A DNA stretch of 64,000 nt, taken from NCBI GenBank assembly GCA_030390025.1, contig CM059432.1, positions 26,972,001 to 27,036,000 on the forward strand, in the 5' to 3' direction. Of the stretch, positions 37,437 to 50,761 are shown one piece after another; within the stretch, counting starts at the first letter, position 1; each line of letters opens with the position of its first letter. Below the pieces are notes generated by a model. That model was not told the DNA's origin. It worked only from the letters and a program-made list of their open reading frames with translations, and did not search any database. The DNA comes from Squalus acanthias (taxonomy: Eukaryota). Both the position numbers and the translations under genes were made by a program.

Positions 37437-37837
37437 TCTGACACTTCCAGTTCTCTGACGGATAACTTGCAAGTTTGTATTGTCCCTTTAAATATTAGAG
37501 TTGCGATCGAGTCATGTAGGTCCAAATCACAGCCACTGCCACTGCTTGTCATTTAACTTCCGGGTTTCCCATTCAATGAGGTGGCTGAATTAAAAAGCCA
37601 CTGACAAATGCGCTGAACTTCGGGTTTCCCGCGCATTATCCCACACCTCAGCCGCGTGTCCCAAACTTAAAATCGGGGCCTTTGTATCCACTATCTCCGA
37701 CCCATACAATTTCAGGTGATCACTGTGTGTGAAGGAGTGCCCATTATTTATATCTAATTAAAAATGTTACAGGTGTTTCTTGCCTAGTCTCGCCTACCCT
37801 GTGTGATGACATGAAATATTCTGTTTGTGTATTAAAG

Positions 37838-37991
37838 GTGCCACAAAGATTATTCCTATTGAGGCCACTCCAGCTGAGGAAATCCCAGCAGCTGAGCCTG
37901 AAAGTATTGGCCAAGAATCAGCTCTGCGAAAGGGCTACCAGGAATATGCTATACAGCAGGCACCATTGGAGCTGGCCCAGAATTCTTTCAG
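37838..37991 (+). CDS. ZFAT: ZFAT exon 5
   Basis: AAG acceptor. GATKIIPIEA...RKGYQEYAIQQAP matches ZFAT. Donor AG|GTGGG; 154 nt, phase 1-2. Confidence 0.93.
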
Positions 37992-39705
37992 GTGGGTCTG
38001 CATTGCAGAAAAATTAGCTTTGGATGGCTCAGACCCATTTGTCTCAATTAAGTTAATTCCTTGTCCATTTTTCATGAATTAACCAGGAAGGAGCATAGGC
38101 GAGACAACTGTGTACCCAGTCTATAATCAATTTTCTTGACTCGGGTATCTGTTGATGGGCATCTGGGCTTAGGAAGGATCATTGGGATTCTGCTGATGTT
38201 CTTGCAGGTGATGTCAGTTTAGCAGCTCCCTGTTGAGAAGGAGGGACCTGAAGCAACGGGTTTCCGGAATAGACTCCCGAAGGAGACGATGGAATCAGTT
38301 AGTATATAATCATTTAAATGCAAATTAAATATTCAGAAAAGAATATTGTGGGATACAGTATATGAGTAATTTGAGACATGACATTTGGCAAGTGTAGCAA
38401 GCTTGGGAGGGATAGGTGATTTTGGATCCACTGTGGTCATGTCTGGGACTGTTATAGACTAATTGATAGAGATTGATTGCTATGATTAATCAAAAACTCC
38501 ATTGGCATTGTATCATGCAACTACCAGGATGGTAGAAGGCGTTCAGTGCATAGATCTCTAAAGATTCATGACCAATGCAATAAAGATATAGCTAGAGCAA
38601 ATAGGGTGCTAGTGTATTTACAGGACAATAAACTATAAAACAAAGCATACCGTTTTTTCATTGTACAAGACCTTGGCTAGGCCTCAGTTGGAATACTGTG
38701 TCTTTGGCTTCCTTATATGGTGGGTGATAATTGATGCTTTGGAAAGGGTGCAAAGGAGGACAACAAGATTAATTCCCAGTTTAAAGCTTCTTGGTTGAAC
38801 TGGGTCTATATACTTCAGAGAAGCATAAACTTGGGGATGATTTGATTGAGGTTTATAAGATAATAAGGTATCTGTTTTCACAGTAGATGAAGAGGATAAA
38901 ATACCAGTGGCGGCCAAGGATAACGGCAGGTTTCCAGCGTTCCCCAATTTCTAGGCCTAGGAACTGTGGAGGAGGAAAAGGGATATGGGTGCCCAGGTAC
39001 AGAAATCACTGAAGGCTAATGCACAGTTACAAAAAGTAATCAAAAACCCTAATTGAATGTGGAACTCGCTACCATCCAAAGTGGTTGAGGCAAATAGTTT
39101 AGATGCTTTCAAAAAGAAATTAGACGAGTACATGAGAGAAAAGGGAATAGAAAGAAAGGCTGAGATGAGGTCGATAGAATGGGAGGAAACTCGTGTGGAG
39201 TATAAACACCAGTACAGATTAGTTGGGCCGAATGGTCTGTTTCTCTGCTGCATATTCTATGTAATTTTATGTAGATGGACCTTGGCAATTCCTACATTCC
39301 GAGGTAGGTGGAGGAAATAAGGAATATCTCATGTTGGGTACAAGATAGTTACTTAAATGGAAAGAGTACCTCATACTGTAAGTAACTGCCTGCAGAAATC
39401 CCTCTTCCCCCCAACGTTGCCCTGTGCTATAAGAATCAAACAATGAGACATTAAATTTTCTTCCTCTCTGGGAAGCTGGCCAGACAGTCATACATGTCCA
39501 GCAGTTTCTGATTTAACTTTAAGTTTCCAACATTCGCTGTTTTTCGTTTTACCACTTCTATTTTTAATTTCTATTGACTATATAATCACTCACTGAAGTG
39601 CAGTTGACCAGTGATTCTGAGTCTGTTTTTTTGCTCATCCAAAGTCTAGAGTGTTTGTATGAAAACAAGTTTCAAGTCTGGTTAGGACAGAAGGATAAAT
39701 TGTTA

Positions 39706-40377
39706 TAACAACAGAAAACGCTGGAAAAACTCAGCAGGCCAGGCAGTATCCGTGGAGAGAGAAACAAGAGTTAACGTTTCAGGTCTTCATCAGAACTGGA
39801 AAAAGCTGGAGATGTAACAGATATTAAGCAGGTGCAGAGACAGGGGGGAGGGAGGAATTGAAGGAATATACTGTGCTTTTGTAAGAGGCAGGAAAGATAA
39901 AATGTTGCAAATGGGAATGGCAAAATCATAAAGCATGAAAAATGGGAGCAGGGGTTATAGTTTGAAATTGTTGAACTCTATGTTGAGTCCAGAAGGCTGT
40001 AAAGTGCCTAATCGAAAGATGAGGTGCTGTTCCTCGAGCTTACATTGCGCTACATTGGAACAGTGTAATAGGCCGAGGACAGAGAGATCAGAGTGGGAGT
40101 GAAGCGGAGAATTAAAGTGACAGGCAACCAGAAGCTCAGGGTCACCCTTACGGACTGAACGGAGGTGTTCCGCAAAGCGGTCGCCCAATCTGCGTTTGGT
40201 CTCCCCAATGTAGAGGAGACCGCATCGTGAGCTGCGAATACAGTATACTAAATTGCAAGAAGTACAAGTAAATCGCTGTTTCACCTGGAAGGGGTGTTTG
40301 GGGCCCTGGACAGTGGGAAGGGAGGAGGTAAAAAAGCATGTGTTGCATCTCCTGCGCTTGCACGGGAAGGTGCCAGG
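39706..40377 (-). mobile_element. Penelope 3' fragment (GIY-YIG and terminal repeat)
   Basis: VYCIRSSRCGLLYIGETKRRLGDRFAEH..GLN; 17-bp TSD AGAAGGATAAATTGTTA at 39689-39705 and 40378-40394. Confidence 0.9.
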
Positions 40378-41174
40378 AGAAGGATAAATTGTTAGTCCAT
40401 TTGCTCATAGTTGTCAATGATGATTAACTTAATTATAGTTGTTAACTATACTTTAATGTCGATGCTGGTTCTGTCATCAAATATAGAAATTGTGACTGCT
40501 TCTGGAATTTTCTGACATCTGGTGCCTGAATAAAATCAGAAATAGTAGGCCTAGGTTTTCGGATTGTAAATAGGTTACTGTTGACGTTACAATTGGAAAA
40601 TCTAGGCTGTGATGTCTAATGTCTGTTACGAACAGAAATCTGATTAATTTGGTGACTAGTTTCCATTGTTAACACTATTGTATATACAAGCAGTTTTTTT
40701 TGTTAGCCAATCTGAGAGAATAGTTTATCAAGTACTTTTCAAATGTCAACTGAGTTTCTGACGATCTTGACATCCGAAAGAACCATTGCAATGCATTTTA
40801 TAGAGAATTGGTTAAAATGGGAATGGGAATGATTTAGTTGACTTCAGTTGGCACACCAATTAGGGCACTACTTTTGCCCTCCATGTTCTCAGGCTAAGGA
40901 GAGCAAAAGTTGGCCAGGTTCCTGCTCCAGTGATTCTGCTGGAACGTGCAAGGGTCTGGATTGGTGGGGGAGGGGTGTGGGGGGACAGGATTGAACTTTG
41001 CTGTAATGCCCCCTACCTGCCAACCGTCAAATAAACTATTGCCATCCATGGTCAAATAATAGTCTGTCTAGGTCCACACATGGAGAATGGCCACTTGGGT
41101 GAGGAGCCCATGGATGTACCCCAGCATGAGTTAGTCGTAGACCTCTTTGACTTCAAGAGAGAAGAGGAATGGAG

Positions 41175-41527
41175 GCAAAATGAAGTACTTTTGAAGTGTA
41201 GTTACTGCTGTAATGTAGGAAAAGTGGCAGTTAATTTGCACACAGACAGCAATGTGATAATGACCCGATAATCTGTTTTTAATATTGGTTGAGGGATAAA
41301 TATTAGCCAGGACAACGGGGAGCGCACCTCTGCCCTTCAAATAGTGCCATGGGATCTTTTAAGTCCACCTGAGAGGGCAGACGGAGCCTCGGTTTAACGT
41401 CTCATCTGAAAGACGGCATCTCTGACAGTGCAGCACTCCCTCAGTACTGCACTGGAGTGTCAGCCTAGATTATGCGCTCAAGTCTTTGGAGTATGACTTG
41501 AAGCCACAACCTTCTGCAGTTGTGGGA
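41175..41527 (-). mobile_element. Deu-domain SINE
   Basis: Reverse complement of the 7680-8230 family; ends ~120 bp before exon 6. Confidence 0.78.
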
Positions 41528-41649
41528 TAAAGTAACAGACTAAAAAATTCAAAGGGGGAATCATTAGCAAAGTTTCTGCTATACAGTGCCAATCGAAAGG
41601 TCCTATACATAGGCTGAAAACTCACAAGAGAATTTTTCTGTTCTTTCAG

Positions 41650-43031
41650 ACAAGGGACAACACAGCTGAAGATTTTTACATGTGAATATTGCAATAAAGT
41701 ATTTAAATTTAAGCACTCACTTCAAGCTCACCTCAGAATTCATACCAATGAGAAGCCTTATAAATGTTCGCAGTGTGACTACGCCAGCACCATCAAGGCC
41801 AACCTTATCGTTCACATGCGCAAGCACACGGGGGAAAAGTTCAGCTGTGACTACTGTGCCTTCACCTGCCTGAGCAAAGGGCACCTGAAAGTGCACATTG
41901 AGCGCGTGCACAAGAAGATCAAGCAGCACTGCCGCTTTTGCAAAAAGAAATACTCGGATGTCAAGAACCTGCTCAAGCACATCCGGGAGAGCCACGACAT
42001 GGATGAGGAGAAAGTCAAAGAGGTTTACGATGAGCTGCGCCTGCTAACTAGGGAGGGCAAGCGACAGCTGCTGTACGACTGCCACGTGTGCGAGCGCAAG
42101 TTTAAAAATGAATCAGACCGTGACCGGCACATGCTGGTCCACGGCGACGACCGCCCATTCGCTTGCGAGCTCTGCGATCATGGAGCCACGAAATACCATT
42201 CACTGGAGACGCATGTCCGCAAGCATAAATTTATCTACATTTGTTCCGTGTGCACAAAGAAGTTTGTCAGCTCGGTCAAGTTAAAGTCTCACGTCAAGGA
42301 GGCTCACAGTGACTTTGGGGAGGATTCAGTATTTAATAACTCCATTAATCAGAGCTTCTACCTCCTGGAGCCAGGAGGTGACATTCAACCGGAGGCCTTG
42401 GAGGACTCTGCTGATAGTGCAGGTTTTAATGGCTGTGACCAAGTTGCACACGGGCACCAGGTTCTTGTAGAACTTGAAAATGAAGAAGCTAACATTCCCA
42501 TAGAGAGTCTTACTCAACATGAAGAGGTCATGCAGGTCCATCATTCAGAAGCCCTAGACAATCCTTCACATGGTCCTGGGACCATCCAACACGATGCAGT
42601 TTCTTTGGATGAAGGTGACATACCTTTGAAAAATGAGCAACGGTCTATGAATGGATGTCAGGGTGAAATCTTGCCAGCTTTACCTGTCAGCAGTGACACT
42701 GTGATAGATTCTGAAAGCACAGAAACAAACCATCAATCTAGCTCCACAGACCAGGATGGTGCTGATTCCCTCAGAGAGTATGAATCTTGTGAGGTCCAAA
42801 ACGAAGACTCATTTGAAATGGTTCAACTTGATGGCGCTAAAGAATTGTGCAATTCATCTGCTACAGACTTGACTTTTGAGAAAATTCCGTCAACAACAGA
42901 AGCTCAAAAGGATGGTGTGGACCTCGGAGCTTTCCAGCAAGTTCTCGACAGCTTACTGAAGAGACAACTGAATGTCAGTCTTTTTGAGAAGATCAGGAAA
43001 GTCTATGGTGATCTGGAATGTGGATACTGTG
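41650..43031 (+). CDS. ZFAT: ZFAT exon 6 (large C2H2 zinc-finger cluster and acidic linker)
   Basis: TTTCAG acceptor. TQLKIFTCEYCNKVFKFKHSLQAHLRIHTNEKPYKC...HIERVHKKIKQHCRFCKKKYSDVKNL...IRKVYGDLECGYC G|GTAAG. 1382 nt, open throughout. Confidence 0.97.
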
Positions 43032-43369
43032 GTAAGAAATAGTCTATAATGACATTGTTAAATTTATTTGTTGAAAACTTTATCTTTAACATGCCAAAAT
43101 GCATTTAGATTTGTTTTTGATTGTACAACTGTTACAAAATGTTCCTTTTTCTGAGGGAGGAAACTGGAATCATCTGGGCTGTAATATTCTCAACATCTTT
43201 CATCAGATGTACAAATAGAAAAAAACAAGTTCTATTTTGGTATGGTGCAGATTGAGGTCTGGGGTTGCTTGTACAGTTTTGGACTGAAAAATCTGTGTTT
43301 TTGAGTCCTGAAATGTAAATGGGATACCAAAAGTCCTCCGGGTTGATTTTGACTTTTGGGCAACCGACC

Positions 43370-44540
43370 TACCGGCAGAGCGCACTGTCTGAATGCCCAT
43401 AACCGCACGAAGAGGCAGCTGCCATTTTGAGGCACCGGTCTTATTAACATTGGGTCGACGAGTTGTGGGCTGGCGGATTGAGGACTCTCAATATCGAGCC
43501 GAAAGGGCCGCCAGCAAGGTGCTTGTCCGGGCCCCACAGAAATAATTCCAAAGTTACCTTTAAGGGGCTGTGTGGCCCAGTCAAATTTCTGTGCATGTGC
43601 GGATTTTCCCATTATGAAGCCGGCAAGCGGCCTGTGGCCGTGCAGCTTAATGGGAACATTGGCTCCAAGCTCTGCGCAAAGCCCTGTGCTAAGTTGGTGC
43701 TGGACACTTCCATGCTCTTTGACATTGTGCACAGACTTTCTGCCAGGCTTTCCAATGTACCAAGCATTTGGTTATGTACACCCATCAGCCTTCTTCTGTA
43801 GCCTGGCCCATCAAAGTCCTCATCTGACCCCTCTGCTGCAGAGCTAGTGCGCAACCTCACCCGCTGGCGAGTTGGCACCTGTGCTCTACTTTTCCCCCCA
43901 GCCCTGGCCCCTGTGCACTTGTGACCGGTGTCTCACCTCGTGCAGCTCCCTCCTCTATCCTAGCCTCTATAATACACACAGAGTTAGTCTCTGAGCTGGT
44001 GGCTGCGAGTGTAAGATCGAGTGACGGTGTCTCTTCATCTTCACTGTCTTCTTCCTCTTCACCACCTGCAGCTTGTGAGTCAGAAAAAATTGTGGGATGA
44101 GGAAGAAGTGGGAAGGAGGATTAGGTATGCAGATACCCTCATCATCAATCCCTCCAGTGCCACTAGTGGCCACGGCCTCTGCAATGCCCCTTCTCATGAT
44201 GGTCAGCCCTGTCTCCTCCATGGGGGTTAAAACATACAGGGGCACTTGTCTTCCTCCAGTTCTTTGCTGCTGCCTCCTCCTGCAAGAAAGAGTGAAGTGT
44301 TTCAGTGAGTGTCCTGCAATATGTTTGGGTGATGTGGTTGTCATTGTTGAATAGCTGTCAGTGTGTGCGAGCTGGGTGTGATACTTGCAACAGTGCTAAG
44401 TGTGTGAGGGTGAAGTAAACCATATGAATTTAAGGGTTGAGTACTGATTGATAGAGATTATTGGTAGGTGGGTTATGGAGGTGTTGTGAATTGAGTAGTA
44501 GCTGAGGCTAGTGGTAGTCTTCAAATGGCATATCCTACCA
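43370..44540 (-). pseudogene. Second Harbinger Myb/SANT-gene remnant
   Basis: RRRQQQRTGG..LTPMEE and LCTMSKSMEVSST resemble segments of 36040-36900. Confidence 0.5.
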
Positions 44541-45768
44541 ACTGTACCACTAGCCTTGAGAAGGTGGTGGTGTAATCCGGGATGGGCAATAAATGCTGGA
44601 CTTGCCAGCAACGCCTACATCCCATGAAGGAATTTTAAAAAGCCACCGTTGCAGCATCTTATTGATAACATTAAAGCACGTGGTATTAAATAGCGTGTGG
44701 AAGCATGGATAGGAAGTTGCTTAAAGAGCAGAAAACAGAGTCATGGCTAATGGATGATTTGTTGGATTGAAGGGTTGTAAGCAATGGTGTTCCCCAGGGT
44801 TCAATGTTGGGATTATTGCTCTTCTCACTATATGGACTTGTATATAGAAGCACAATATCAAAATAAGGAACATGGTTACCTAAAAAGGACTGTAAGCAAC
44901 ATCAGGAAGATATAGACAAGTTACTAAATTATGCAGCGATTAAAGTGGATGAAATTTATTGCAGAAAAATGTAAGGTGATGTATTTTAGGGAAAGAACAA
45001 GGAGATGGACCATACACAAAATGATGAAACTTTAAAAGGATTGGAGGAACAAAGAGAGATGTAATGGTTCAGATACACAGATCTTGAAGAGTTGATTAAA
45101 CTGTTTTTATATAAAAATTCGCCCACTCCCCATACCAGATACGCAATTTCCTGGGAGAGACAAAACAAGAGCATCGTTAGAACATTAGATGCCCTAGCAG
45201 GAACAGTGGTGGAAGCAGAATCAATAATAATTTCAAACCAAAATAGATAAATATCTGAATTTTTTTAATGTATCAAGAACGGCCAGAGGAATTGGATAAA
45301 TGGTTTGCTCTTTCAGAGAGCAGCTGGCACATGCCAAAAATGTGCGGGTTAGGTTGATTTGGCTATGATAAATTGACCCTTAGTGTTAGGGGGGGATTAA
45401 ATATGTGGGGTTATGGGGATAGGATGGGATATGTTAGGGGGAATTAAATACGTGGGGTTACGGGGGTCGGGTGGGATATGTGTACTGTGGGGATTAAAGC
45501 AGGGACAGGGTACTGGATTTGGATGATCAGCCATGATCCATAATTCTATGATTCATTCGAATTCTATCTTGAGTCAAATGGTTTGTTTCATTTGGATGAT
45601 ATACTTTCAGTGTTTGATGACCCAATATCAGGAGTTGCAGATGAGAGGAGATTGGGGACTTTTACTACTAAATGAAAGGAGAGTTGGTAGGAAAACTTAT
45701 TTCACTTATTGACATCATTTGCCAATCACAGGCTTCTGATTCACTCCTGATATATTTTCCCTGTCACA

Positions 45769-46186
45769 TGTCTGTCTCTCTGTCTGTCTCTCTGTCTGTC
45801 TCTCTCTCTGTCTGTCTCTCTGTCTGTCTGTCTCTCTGTCTGTCTGTCTGTCTCTCTGTCTGTCTGTCTGTCTGTCTCTCTGTCTGTCTGTCTCTCTGTC
45901 TGTCTCTCTGTCTGTCTGTCTCTCTGTCTGTCTGTCTCTCTCTGTCTGTCTGTCTCTCTGTCTGTCTGTCTCTCTGTCTGTCTGTCTCTCTGTCTGTCTG
46001 TCTCTCTGTCTGTCTGTCTCTCTGTCTGTCTGTCTCTCTGTCTGTCTGTCTCTCTGTCTGTCTCTCTGTCTGTCTCTCTGTCTGTCTCTCTGTCTGTCTC
46101 TCTGTCTGTCTCTCTGTCTCTCTGTCTGTCTCTGTCTGTCTCTCTGTCTGTCTCTCTGTCTGTCTCTCTGTCTGTCTCTCTGTCTG

Positions 46187-46227
<41 letters not shown>

Positions 46228-46450
46228 CTCTCTCTGTCTGTCTCTCTCTCTGTCTCTCTCTCTCTGTCTGTCTCTCTCTCTCTCTGTCTGTCTCTCTCTC
46301 TCTCTGTCTGTCTCTCTCTCTCTCTGTCTGTCTCTCTCTCTCTCTGTCTGTCTCTCTCTCTCTGTCTGTCTGTCTGTCTGTCTCTCTCTGTCTGTCTCTC
46401 TCTCGCTCTCTCTGTCTCGCGCTCTCTCTGTCTCGCTCTGTCTCTCTCCC
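45769..46450. repeat. (TCTG)n/(TC)n compound microsatellite
   Basis: Direct inspection; source of the spurious SLSVC/RERQT ORFs. Confidence 0.97.
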
Positions 46451-46509
46451 CCTCCCTCCGTCGGGCCCTCTCTCTCCCCCCCCCCCCCCCCCCCCACCCC
46501 TCCGTCGGG

Positions 46510-47428
46510 CCCCCCCCCTCTCTTCCCCCCCCCCTCTCTTCCCCCCCCTCTCTTCCCCCCCCTCTCTTCCCCCCCCCTCTCTTCCCCCCCCCTCTCTTCC
46601 CCCCCCTCTCTTCCCCCCCCTCTCTTCCCCCCCCTCTCTTCCCCCCCTCTCTCTTTCCCCCCCCTCTCTTCCCCCCCCTCTCTTCCCCCCCCTCTCTTCC
46701 CCCCCCTCTCTTCCCCCCCCTCTCTTCCCCCCCCTCTCTTCCCCCCCCTCTCTTCCCCCCCCTCTCTTCCCCCCCCTCTCTTTCCCCCCCCTCTCTTCCC
46801 CCCCCTCTCTTCCCCCCCCCTCTCTTCCCCCCCCTCTCTTCCCCCCCCCTCTCTTCCCCCCCCCTCTCTTTCCCCCCCCCTCTCTTCCCCCCCCTCTCTT
46901 CCCCCCCCTCTCTTCCCCCCCCTCTCTTTCCCCCCCTCTCTTCCCCCCCCTCTCTTCCCCCCCTCTCTTCCCCCCCCTCTCTTCCCCCCCCTCTCTTCCC
47001 CCCCCTCTCTTCCCCCCCCTCTCTTCCCCCCCCTCTCTTCCCCCCCTCTCTTCCCCCCCCTCTCTTCCCCCCCCCTCTCTTTCCCCCCCCTCTCTTTCCC
47101 CCCCCTCTCTTTCCCCCCCCTCTCTTTCCCCCCCCTCTCTTTCCCCCCCTCTCTTCCCCCCCTCTCTTTCCCCCCCTCTCTTTCCCCCCCTCTCTTCTCC
47201 CCCTCTCTTCCCCCCCCTCTCTTTCCCCCCCCCTCTCTTTCCCCCCCCTCTCTTCCCCCCCCCCCTCTCTTCCCCCCCCCCTCTCTTCCCCCCCCCCTCT
47301 CTTTCCCCCCCCTCTCTTTCCCCCCCCCTCTCTTTCCCCCCCCCCTCTCTCTTCCCCCCCCTCTCCTTCCCCCCCCCTCTCTCTCTCTTCCCCCCCCCCT
47401 CTCTCTCTTTCCCCTCCCCCTTCTCTCT
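46510..47428. repeat. Pure polypyrimidine satellite (CTCTCTTCCCCCC)n
   Basis: I saw no purine on the + strand over ~919 nt; units are ~13-15 bp with variable C-runs. Confidence 0.95.
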
Positions 47429-47879
47429 GGCTTGCCCCCCCCCCCCCCCCTCCATCTGTCTCTTTCTCGCGCCCTCGCTCTCTGTCAATCATGATGCCCG
47501 TGAACAGGTTGTAGCCCGATGCTTGCTGGCCAGATGGGCCTGATAATTTGACCTGCAGCTAGAACATCATCATCTTTTGTTATTTTGGAATCATGCCTGC
47601 TGATAGTCCAGCTAAATATATATTTATATACTTAAGGTCGTGAGTTCTCATTTTGAATGAGCTGATTTTTGCATGGCTTATGAATGATTGAGTCCTGAAT
47701 CGAGACTGGTTTTGCTCATTTTCCTGAAAGAGGTTTTCAACAAGTGCTACTTTGCAACGATATGTATAAAACTACTAAAATTGCCAGAGTATAATTAATT
47801 TTATCAGATTTTCTGTCTAGAAAAATCCCAATTAGTTTCTGGAATGTAAAAAAAACTATATTACTGGACCTCATTATCC

Positions 47880-48170
47880 CTCTGCTGGTAGTGCTGGCAA
47901 GGCCATATTTCCTCCCCATCTTTTAATGTTTTGCTTGCTAGGCCACTTCAGAGGGCATTCAGAGTCCATATGGACTATACTAGAGTCATGTACAGGCAGA
48001 CTGGGTAGAAGTACCAGGTTTTCTTTTCCTTGAAAGGCATATCAGTTGGGTATTTATGTTTTATTCTGGTGATCCGAGTTATTGAATTCAGTTTCACAAT
48101 TTGCCATGCTAGGATTTGAACTCTCAACCTCTGGATAGTCCAGTACCCTATGCCGTCATAGCAGCACGTT
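47880..48170 (-). mobile_element. Degenerate tRNA-headed SINE related to the ends of family A
   Basis: Minus strand TACTGGACTATCCAGAGG..GAGTTCAAATCC..GAATTCAAT, CTCTGAAGTGGCCTAGCAAG and a GCCTTGCCAGC tail, paralleling 2630-2820. Confidence 0.55.
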
Positions 48171-48199
48171 ACATCAGGCATGTGGTATCCTGGCTACAG

Positions 48200-50165
48200 T
48201 AACAAACAGAGAAGAGAAAATCTAGGTTAATGTTTTGGATGGAGACCCTTCATCAAAATTGGAAGAAGGGAAGACAAGAGAGCCCCATAATATTCAGCAC
48301 TCTTCTGACCATTGCTCCCTACAAGGCACCATTGTATGTATTCTCTCAACCTCATTCTTCAGTATCATTGGTTCAATCAACATCATAACTGCTCTGGATC
48401 TCCATTTCACATCATCCTTTGTCTTATCTGTTACTTTAGTCAATTACTTATCTCCTTTCTTTCAGCTATCAAGTACTGCAAGGTCAAATGGCTCCTGGAT
48501 GCAAGCTATTCCTCTTTTTTTACTTTTTTCTGACCCCAGTACTCTACTGACACATGTTTGCCGATTTTCATCTTCATCCGCAACCTTCCTCTTTCTGAAT
48601 CAAACGATCTGTCCTCTGCTTCAACTTCATACCATTCCACCCTGACCCCTCAAATTTCCAAGTTTGACAGAGAGGTCAGAGTGGGACAGAGAATTAAAAT
48701 GACAGGCGACCAGAAGCTCACGGTCATGCTTGCGGACTGAACGGAGGTGTTCCACAAAGTGGTCACCCAATCTGCGTTTGGTCTCCCCAATGTAGAGGAG
48801 ACCACATCATGAGCAGCGAAAACAATATACATAAATTGAAAGAAGTATAAGTAAAATCCCTGTTTCACCTGGAAAGACTGTTTGGGGCGGGAAGGGAGGA
48901 GGTAAAAGGGCAGGTGTTGCATCTCCTGCGCTTGCACAGAAAGATGTCGTGAGAAGGGGAGGGGATGTTGGGGGTGATCGAAGAGTGGACCAGGGTGTTG
49001 CGGAGGGAACGGTCCCTTCAGAATGCTTAAAGGGGGAGGGAAAGATATGTTTGGTGGTGGCACCACGCTGGAGGTGGCGGAAATAGCAGAGTATGATCCG
49101 TTGAATGTGAAGGCTGGTGGGGTGGAAGGCGAGGACAAGGGGAACCCTATCGTGGTTCTGGGAGGTAGGGGAAGGGGTGAGAGCAGAAATGCGGGAAATG
49201 GGACGGACGCAGTCGAAGGCCCTGTCAACGACAGTTGAGGAAAAAGGAAGATGGGGGATCTTAGTTACAAGGACAGGTTGGAGAAGCTGGATTTGTTTTC
49301 ATTAGAGCAAAGGAGGTTGAGGGGTGATTTGATAGAGGTGTACAAGATTATGACGGGTTTGGATAGGCTAGACGGGGAAAGGCTGTTCCCACTAGCTGAT
49401 GGTACAAGGACTAGGGGACACAGATTTAAGGTTTTGGGCAAGAGATACAGGGGGGATGTGAGGGAAAACTTTTTTACGCAGCGAGTGGTGAGGACCTGGA
49501 ATTCGCTGCCGACGGAAGTGGTGGAAGCGGAGACACTCAGTGTTTTCAAGGGGAGACTGGATAGGCACTTGAGGGAAATAAACTTGAAGGGCTACGGGCA
49601 TAGAGCGGGGGAATAGGACTGACTGGATTGCTCTGCAGAGAGCTGGCATGGACTCGATGGGCCGAATGGCCTCCTTCTGTGCCGTTATGACTCTATATCG
49701 GCAGCACTGGTATGGAAGGTGGCATCATGAGAACAGATGCGACAGTGAAGTTCGGAGAATCGAATAAAGTCCTTACAGGAAGCTTGGGGGGAGGAAGTGT
49801 ATTCAAGGTAGCTGTGGGAGTCAGTGGGCTTATAGTGGATATTAGTCGATAGCCTATCCCCAGAAATGGAGATAGAGAAGTCTAGGAAGGGAAGGGAAGA
49901 GTCGGAGATGGACCATGTGCAGGTGAGGGAGGGGTGGAACTTGGAAGCAAAGGTGATGAAGTTTTCCAGTTCGGTTTGGGGTGAGAGAAAAAGAGGTGAA
50001 GGTGGGGACCTGATTAGCACTGGATCGAAGAATGTTCCACGAAAAGGCAGGCATAGCTACGACCTATACGGGTTCCCATAGCAACACCTTTTATTCGGAG
50101 TGAGTGAGTGGAGTCAAAGGAGAAGTTGTTCAATGTAAGAACAAGGTCAGCCAGGCAGAGGAGGG
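48200..50165 (-). mobile_element. Degenerate Penelope element, interrupted by a CR1 tail (49252-49694, +) and other sequence
   Basis: LPFLDFSISISGDRLSTNIHYKPTDSHSYL and GIY-YIG DNA similar to 18500-19620. Confidence 0.85.
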
Positions 50166-50761
50166 GAGGGCCACCGTTCAAGCTTCCATGATCTTCAGGA
50201 GTGTGGCCCGTTTGGTCTTGGTTGGCAGAACTCCAATTTGAATGCCCAACTTACATTGTTATGATTGTAAAACTGACTGACGTGCAAATTTCAACGTAAT
50301 AAGGGTAACAGAAATAATTTAAACCAACCTTCGAAGAAATGTGCAAGTTGCATTTTGACCACAAGGTGGCTCCAGTGAACTACCAAGCATTTCTTTTTAT
50401 TCTGTGCTTAGTTTCTTATTGTACTCCACCCACGTGAAGATTTCTTTTTTATTGGCAGGATTAGCAGAATTGTAATATAGTACAGGAGAGATTTATTTAG
50501 AATAATTTGTCTTTGAAAAACAATTTGATATCTAGTTAATTTGTTATAACAGACTTGTCAGGTGGCCCTATTTTAATGAAGACAGCAGCAGCAGCAGCAG
50601 CAAACAAACTTGCCACCATTAACACTGTTTAATTAAAAATATTTGTGAAACTTGTAGCGAGGGATGATGGAGCAACAACACGCAGTGCCACAGAATGTCA
50701 GTTTGTGGAAACATGCTCACATTTGCCCACGAGTGAGTTCCTGATCCCAGGCTTACCATTG

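Larger units (their letters stand above)
32558..37680. mobile_element. PIF/Harbinger DNA transposon relic with two convergent genes
   Basis: Imperfect ends GGGCTGAAGTTTAA / TTAAAATCGGGGCC with TTT on both flanks; contains HARBI1-like and Myb/SANT-like pseudogenes. Confidence 0.75.

Noticed and set aside
45672..47543. Long ORFs of 260-623 aa on both strands
   Set aside because: They are translations of simple repeats that lack stop codons.
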